DNA of 29,865 nt from a virus (lineage: Duplodnaviria > Caudoviricetes), in IMG/VR virus record IMGVR_UViG_3300033067_001429, positions 1 through 29,865 of that record; one strand, given 5' to 3'. This document shows, one piece after another, positions 25,074 to 29,865 of this stretch. Position numbers and translations under genes: made by a program. The notes under the pieces are model-generated. The model was not told where the DNA came from, did no database searches, and saw nothing but the letters and a program-made list of their open reading frames with translations. The number at the start of each line of letters is the position of its first letter. The stretch's first letter is position 1.

Positions 25074-25661
25074 ATGGATACTACTAGGCCACCGCTCATC
25101 CGCCCGCCACAGCACGTCACTGATGCGTACCGTCGTGTGTATGCCGATCTACGTAATGCTGGTATTCTTGCGAAATTGCAGCCAGCGATACACGCGGACA
25201 AACTGCATTGGCGGCTACGTGCCTATGCTTGTCCTAATGATAAGGCTGCCTATACGAAATTTTATGATATTTGTATTGGCAATGATTTTATTGAGGTTTC
25301 TGCTCCTAGTTATATTGTCCCAAATTTGACACTTCAAAGGAGTCAAATCGATCAGGTTGTGGCGTGTGTACAGTCGCAGATGCGGGCTGTTCGTCACGAT
25401 ACTACTCAGATCGATGAAGCATTATATTGTAGTATATTCGAATTACTGTTGGAACGTGGTGTAAAGTGTGTCAAATCTGACATGATATACTTTGTGCTAG
25501 ATGATATGAATCATGTTCCAATCCTGGTTGAGCACGAATATGTAATTGTTGGTCATGTCGAACGCTGGAAACAGTATTCATGCACCTTTCGAGTGGGGTT
25601 GGGCGATCCAAACATGATCGATGAACTTGTCGCGTACTTGGAGAACTTGCGTGCCGCTTGA
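25074..25661 (+). CDS. DP-motif family protein, probably two tandem domains
   Basis: 195 aa. The second half is ALYCSIFELLLERG...VGLGDPNMIDELVAYL. Confidence 0.72.
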   Translation: MDTTRPPLIRPPQHVTDAYRRVYADLRNAGILAKLQPAIHADKLHWRLRAYACPNDKAAYTKFYDICIGNDFIEVSAPSYIVPNLTLQRSQIDQVVACVQSQMRAVRHDTTQIDEALYCSIFELLLERGVKCVKSDMIYFVLDDMNHVPILVEHEYVIVGHVERWKQYSCTFRVGLGDPNMIDELVAYLENLRAA

Positions 25662-26034
25662 TTTAGCCATGTTCATCGTTTTGGAGACTTTGCGGCTGGC
25701 TGTTCGTCCGTATCAATATCTGACTGTATTGCCTCCAACCAATACAAGTGCGTACTGTGTAGTGCTGTTCTCTGAAGCACCATGTGGTGCGTTTGAGACT
25801 TTATTGCACTGGCATTTCAATGACGACGAGATGATCATATCGACTGCGTTGATACATGGACGCAAGAGGCGTAAGCTTCCGGATGTACATGTGGTCGTTT
25901 GGCTTTCGGACCCACAATTTCAGAAGATATTGATAGAGACCATCCAGGGGTTGATTAACGATTGCTCTACGATGCGATGTTTTGATACTAGCCATACATG
26001 GACAATTGACAACGCCGTAAAGGTGCGGTTGTAA
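25651..26034 (+). CDS. DP-motif family protein
   Basis: VWLSDPQFQKILIETI. GTG start after GGAG. Confidence 0.72.
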   Translation: MPLDLAMFIVLETLRLAVRPYQYLTVLPPTNTSAYCVVLFSEAPCGAFETLLHWHFNDDEMIISTALIHGRKRRKLPDVHVVVWLSDPQFQKILIETIQGLINDCSTMRCFDTSHTWTIDNAVKVRL

Positions 26035-26384
26035 TGGATGATGCTCAGGTTATGCAGAGTCTGAATTTATTTCTGCTGGATAACAATATCCCAGCTGATA
26101 TCCAATATGTAAATGTTCCGAGAGTGCCGCCGTTTGAATCTTTAAAGTATCATATGATAAAGATTTACGGGGTAATAGTAATCTATTACGAATCGGCCAG
26201 CGGGAATTTCGAAATCGCCATTCACGGAGAATTCAAACAGTTCCTTGAGCGGTGCTGCAAGGACATTGATCTTGCCGTCTATAAGTTTAAAGTCAATATT
26301 GTTGATCACGACTCGTTTGATAATGTGTTGGTTATAGTTAGAGACTTAATGCGAATACATCAGAACTGTAGGATTGGAAAATGA
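26034..26384 (+). CDS. DP-motif family protein (DH variant)
   Basis: QVMQSLNLFLLDNNI and VNIVDHDSFDNVLVIV. TAATG overlap. Confidence 0.7.
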   Translation: MDDAQVMQSLNLFLLDNNIPADIQYVNVPRVPPFESLKYHMIKIYGVIVIYYESASGNFEIAIHGEFKQFLERCCKDIDLAVYKFKVNIVDHDSFDNVLVIVRDLMRIHQNCRIGK

Positions 26385-26776
26385 CTGATGCCACATATAC
26401 TCACATTTCTGTGATATATGGTATACAAGACATGTTGAGAAAACGTGGCATAGCATCTCAAGTCAATTGCGATGCGTCTGACCCACACTTGACGTGGGAA
26501 ATGGGATGGATTTATTTCAGAAATAAAATCGATGAACCCATTATCATAATCGTTCGCACGACATGTGTCCGTTCGATGCCCGGCGGAGAGATGGTCTTAG
26601 ATATTGATGATCCGACAAGTTTTGATAAAATCATGGATTTTGTTGGATCGCATAATTTTTTCGACAGAATAATGTTTGGTATGATTATTGGATGGTGGAA
26701 TTTGTTATGGAGGTTGGCTTTGGCTGTGGTATTTTATGGGACGGCTATTACGGTTATCGCAATGGTGCATAAATGA
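26381..26776 (+). CDS. DP-motif family protein with a C-terminal TM-like tail
   Basis: LDIDDPTSFDKIMDFV followed by the hydrophobic LLWRLALAVVFYGTAITVIAMV. Confidence 0.75.
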   Translation: MTDATYTHISVIYGIQDMLRKRGIASQVNCDASDPHLTWEMGWIYFRNKIDEPIIIIVRTTCVRSMPGGEMVLDIDDPTSFDKIMDFVGSHNFFDRIMFGMIIGWWNLLWRLALAVVFYGTAITVIAMVHK

Positions 26777-26961
26777 CAATTGAAGAATTGCGAAGTATGA
26801 CCCCTGAACAATTGCATGAATACTTTTGCGAACATGCGAGGTATTTCATGCATAATCCGTATCATTATGAAATACGCATCGGTAGTGATATACTGCGTGA
26901 TAATGATACTATGGACTTGTTCAAAAAGTTCACAGCATATATTAAACACGCTTCTTCTTAG
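26773..26961 (+). CDS. Hypothetical protein
   Basis: 62 aa, ATGA overlap, last gene of the array. Confidence 0.5.
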   Translation: MTIEELRSMTPEQLHEYFCEHARYFMHNPYHYEIRIGSDILRDNDTMDLFKKFTAYIKHASS

Positions 26962-27703
26962 CTATTACCAGTGCGTGCCACCCGGTCGGCTTCTTCTTAT
27001 AATTCTCGATGTCTCCGATACATAATAATTCGAATCCCGACCATTGCAGGAGTAATTCTAATTCGAACGGGAAGAAGAATCGTAAGTGGTGCGTACTGGT
27101 ATATTCCGATCCGTCTCCACAGTTCCAGAACTTATAATCTGTTGTGTATTTCTGCTGCTCGATGTTGATGCTGCCCTTGGCATATCTTACGAGTGTGCCG
27201 TCTGGCGTTTCCTTTGACCGGACTGACACGCTGGCACCATCCCGAAGCACAGACGGCCCATACCAGACCTCAAAGAACAGAAGACCGCCCTTGACGAGGT
27301 TGTCGTAGGCATTTTCCAGAGTGCTATAAGCAGATTCATTGTCAAGTTGATACGATAGGATATCACCCATAATGATGGCAATATCCGCATTAGTGGTGAA
27401 GTTCAAATCTTTAGAAATGTCACCGACATAGAATTTGGACTTTTGGCCGCCAAACCGGCACTTCGCCCTGGCTATATCCAGCATATGCGGCGATAAATCG
27501 ACACCGACCACGCTGCATCCCAATTCCAGGAAAGCCTTCGTATATGACCCCGTACCGCAGCCCATATCAAGAACGTTAAATTTCTTGCTTTTGAGGTGCT
27601 TGGTAGTGATCTTCTTGAAAAGCTTAGCGTGCTTCTCGTAATCAATCTCTGGGCAGAAGACGTCATAGTATTTTGAGTAGAATTCGTCAAAAATCATAAA
27701 CAA
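26942..27703 (-). CDS. Class I SAM-dependent methyltransferase (sugar-cluster associated)
   Basis: VLDMGCGTG, VGVDLSPHML, GDI and GGLLFFEVWYGPSVL. Confidence 0.9.
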   Translation of the reverse strand: MFMIFDEFYSKYYDVFCPEIDYEKHAKLFKKITTKHLKSKKFNVLDMGCGTGSYTKAFLELGCSVVGVDLSPHMLDIARAKCRFGGQKSKFYVGDISKDLNFTTNADIAIIMGDILSYQLDNESAYSTLENAYDNLVKGGLLFFEVWYGPSVLRDGASVSVRSKETPDGTLVRYAKGSINIEQQKYTTDYKFWNCGDGSEYTSTHHLRFFFPFELELLLQWSGFELLCIGDIENYKKKPTGWHALVIAKKKRV

Positions 27704-28785
27704 TCCCTTACAGCTCTACAAACAGTGGTGATTTGGGCATCAGTCAGAGCAGGTCCAGACGGCAAATACAGTCCGAACTCTGATAACGTGTTAGTAACTG
27801 GACAATCTGTTGTGGCATATTGCGATAATACTGGCTGTTTATGCAATCCATAGAAGAATGGGCGAGTGTCTACCCCAGACTTAAGCAGCCGCTCGCCAAG
27901 AGTTGCATTGTCTATATTACTAACTATACCAAATACCCAGTGGGCATGGCGAATATTATCATTACTGCTCTGAAACTTTATCGGAAGACCGCTGAGTCCT
28001 TTCCGATAAAGTCTATCAATTTCCTTCCTGCGTACTAAAAACGTGTCTATTTGCGACAGTTGAGCACACCCAATAGCGGCTTGTAGATTGGTCATTCTAT
28101 AATTATAGCCTATTCCGGTGTGGATGAAACGCTCACTCCCTTCTCCGAAACATAAGTTTCGTAATCCTCGTAATCTTTTGGTGATATGCGACATATTCGT
28201 GAGGACCATTCCGCCCTCACCGGTGGTTATGATCTTGTTGCTATAGAAGCTGAAGCAGCTCACATCTCCAAACGATCCGCACTTTTTCCAGGATCGGCCT
28301 ACTTTAATAGCTCCGCCGTGAGCCTCAGCGGCATCTTCGATCACGTACAGGGCGTTTTCAACGGCTATTTTGCAGATCTTCTCCATGTCAGCCGGATGCC
28401 CATAAATGTGTACGGGCATGATGGCTTTGGTCTTAGGTGTTATGGCTTGCTTGATTAGGTTAGGATCTATGCACCAAGTTTCCGGATCAACATCTACGAA
28501 GACCGGTCGCAGATTGGCCTTGATGATGGCATTTGCGCACGAGATGATTGTAAATGATGGTAATATTACTTCTGATCCTTCTGGCAGTTGTAAGACTTCT
28601 ACAGCTAGTTGCAATGCAGAGGTGCCGTTGGAGACGGCTACTCCATTGGACTTGCCGCAGTACGCAGCCCATCGTTTCTCGAAGATTTCGATGTTGGGGC
28701 CGGACGCAATCCATCCTGAATGTACTGCGTTGGAGACGCTATGTTGCTCCAGACTTCCGATTAATGGGTTATTGACAGAGATCAT
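27694..28785 (-). CDS. DegT/DnrJ/EryC1/StrS PLP aminotransferase, GDP-perosamine synthase-like
   Basis: SNGTSAL, PVHIYGHP, IEDAAEAHG, FSFYSNKIITTGEGGM (PLP Lys), GYNYRMTNLQAA and GLYLPSG. The start is moved to ATG 28785, which overlaps the cupin stop. Confidence 0.93.
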   Translation of the reverse strand: MISVNNPLIGSLEQHSVSNAVHSGWIASGPNIEIFEKRWAAYCGKSNGVAVSNGTSALQLAVEVLQLPEGSEVILPSFTIISCANAIIKANLRPVFVDVDPETWCIDPNLIKQAITPKTKAIMPVHIYGHPADMEKICKIAVENALYVIEDAAEAHGGAIKVGRSWKKCGSFGDVSCFSFYSNKIITTGEGGMVLTNMSHITKRLRGLRNLCFGEGSERFIHTGIGYNYRMTNLQAAIGCAQLSQIDTFLVRRKEIDRLYRKGLSGLPIKFQSSNDNIRHAHWVFGIVSNIDNATLGERLLKSGVDTRPFFYGLHKQPVLSQYATTDCPVTNTLSEFGLYLPSGPALTDAQITTVCRAVRDCL

Positions 28786-29180
28786 AGGTTGATTTTTTCT
28801 GATGTGCCATGGTATGGACCTTGTTTTACTTCCAAGAATGTTGTATCTTCTAACATGCGAAAGCCGTGGCCGCCGTCTAAGATTATAACGACGTCGTCTT
28901 TCTCTAATAGGTGTGTGACTAATTTGGTTTTGTTTTCGCGATAGAAGTCTACTAGGCATCGGCCAGATATGACGACTAGTACTTCGGTGGTTTTGGAGAG
29001 TTCGCGATGTTGTGGTTGGTGAATATGTGCTGGTATTTCGGAATTTTCAGGATATACGATATATCCTACTTGTTGCTGGCAATCTGGAGTTGTTACAAAT
29101 GTGGTTTTGTCTGGTAGTGTTTGGGTATTGATGATATAGGCTATGAGGTTATTACCATCATATATCTTGGTTGTTTTCAT
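28782..29180 (-). CDS. Cupin-fold protein (WbuC-like, common in O-antigen clusters)
   Basis: IPAHIH...EVLVVISG...GGHGF...EVKQGPY. Confidence 0.85.
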   Translation of the reverse strand: MKTTKIYDGNNLIAYIINTQTLPDKTTFVTTPDCQQQVGYIVYPENSEIPAHIHQPQHRELSKTTEVLVVISGRCLVDFYRENKTKLVTHLLEKDDVVIILDGGHGFRMLEDTTFLEVKQGPYHGTSEKINL

Positions 29181-29865
29181 AGATAGCAGGTACTATAGTG
29201 CCGTTGCGTGGATGATTCAGAGCGATCGTTGGATCAACATATATACGATGCCCGTTGCTTCGCATGTTTCTACACAATCCAACTATTTCATCTTCTTCGG
29301 AAAATCTGGCTCCATCTTTGAAGACGGATGCCTTGATGAGCATTTGTCCTGCACTGCCTACTTCGAACAATTTTTTGCGATCGTAATTATCGCAATATCT
29401 GGGACGATTCATGAACTCGTCGCCATTTTTATTATCCTTGGTTGGTAGTGTTCTATATCCCCATGTGTCTCTGAAGTAGATGCTCTTTTCGAAGAACAAC
29501 ATTGGTGCCACGATGTCGATGTTGTGGCTTAACAGCTGAGTAATAAGTTTTTTGGGAGTTGTGACGTCTGAATCCAACAATAAAATGTAGTCTGGGTTTT
29601 GGCTCAGAGCTATTTCTAAAATGTGGTTGGATGTGCGACCTAAGACCATCATGCGTTCTGGTACTATTACGCTACCATATTTGGGGTGCCCCATGTCGTA
29701 CTTGGACAGGATGATGTTTTTGTGTCTGTCGGCGTACGATTGAAGGATGGCATATGTGTCGTCTATGCTATCTCCTTCAACATAGGCGTGTGTTATTAAG
29801 CTGTGGTCGTAGTCCCATCGCAACCTGTCGGCCATCATTCTGTCGATGTCCGAGGCACCATCACG
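29158..29865 (-). CDS. GT2-like (GT-A fold) glycosyltransferase, 5'-truncated by the window edge
   Basis: EGDSIDDT, DYILLLDSD (DxD), DIVAP and IYVDPT. The frame is open to the window end (RDGASD...). Confidence 0.75.
   Translation of the reverse strand, partial: RDGASDIDRMMADRLRWDYDHSLITHAYVEGDSIDDTYAILQSYADRHKNIILSKYDMGHPKYGSVIVPERMMVLGRTSNHILEIALSQNPDYILLLDSDVTTPKKLITQLLSHNIDIVAPMLFFEKSIYFRDTWGYRTLPTKDNKNGDEFMNRPRYCDNYDRKKLFEVGSAGQMLIKASVFKDGARFSEEDEIVGLCRNMRSNGHRIYVDPTIALNHPRNGTIVPAIYENNQDI

Noticed and set aside
18251-26776. Recurring gatcc/gaccc...tttga nucleotide pattern as a CRISPR, attC-like or DGR repeat
   Set aside because: It lies inside coding frames, varies at synonymous positions and is irregularly spaced. 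No integrase, Cas or reverse transcriptase is present in the window.
28786-28959. Arg-rich N-terminal extension of the aminotransferase ORF
   Set aside because: It overlaps the cupin gene in another frame. DegT-like sequence begins at MISVNNP (28785).
1-29865. Alternative genetic code (stop-codon reassignment)
   Set aside because: Core genes are full length in the standard code, and TAA, TAG and TGA are all used as stops. The short array genes each end shortly after their own motif.

Overview
This window is part of a large T4-like (Caudoviricetes) phage genome. The + strand carries a head-morphogenesis module in T4 order: intein-containing large terminase (5'-truncated), portal (gp20-like), a 1033-aa acidic putative prohead core protein, prohead protease (gp21-like), scaffold (gp22-like) and major capsid protein (gp23-like). 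AT-richer accessory genes interrupt and flank it: an HNH endonuclease, a Vsr/DUF559 endonuclease fused to a Mom-like GNAT domain, an AlkB-family dioxygenase, and an HTH/NUMOD3/TnsA-like endonuclease fused to an amino-DNA-methyltransferase. The most striking feature is an expanded family of about 25 very divergent ~100-130-aa proteins or domains that I cannot assign to a known family. They share an N-terminal amphipathic helix and a C-terminal motif of roughly [FIV]x[LI][SAC]DP[DEN]x[FL][DE]K[LVI], called here the 'DP-motif family'. About 20 lie in an 8.5-kb head-to-tail array (18251-26776) and five are inserted on the - strand within the head module. Some are fused to AlkB, to a degenerate HNH domain, to a coiled coil or to a membrane anchor. 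The right end holds a - strand amino-sugar cluster: GT2-like glycosyltransferase (truncated), cupin, perosamine-synthase-like aminotransferase and SAM methyltransferase. I saw no tRNA, rRNA or CRISPR array. All calls come from motifs recognised by eye, with no database searches.
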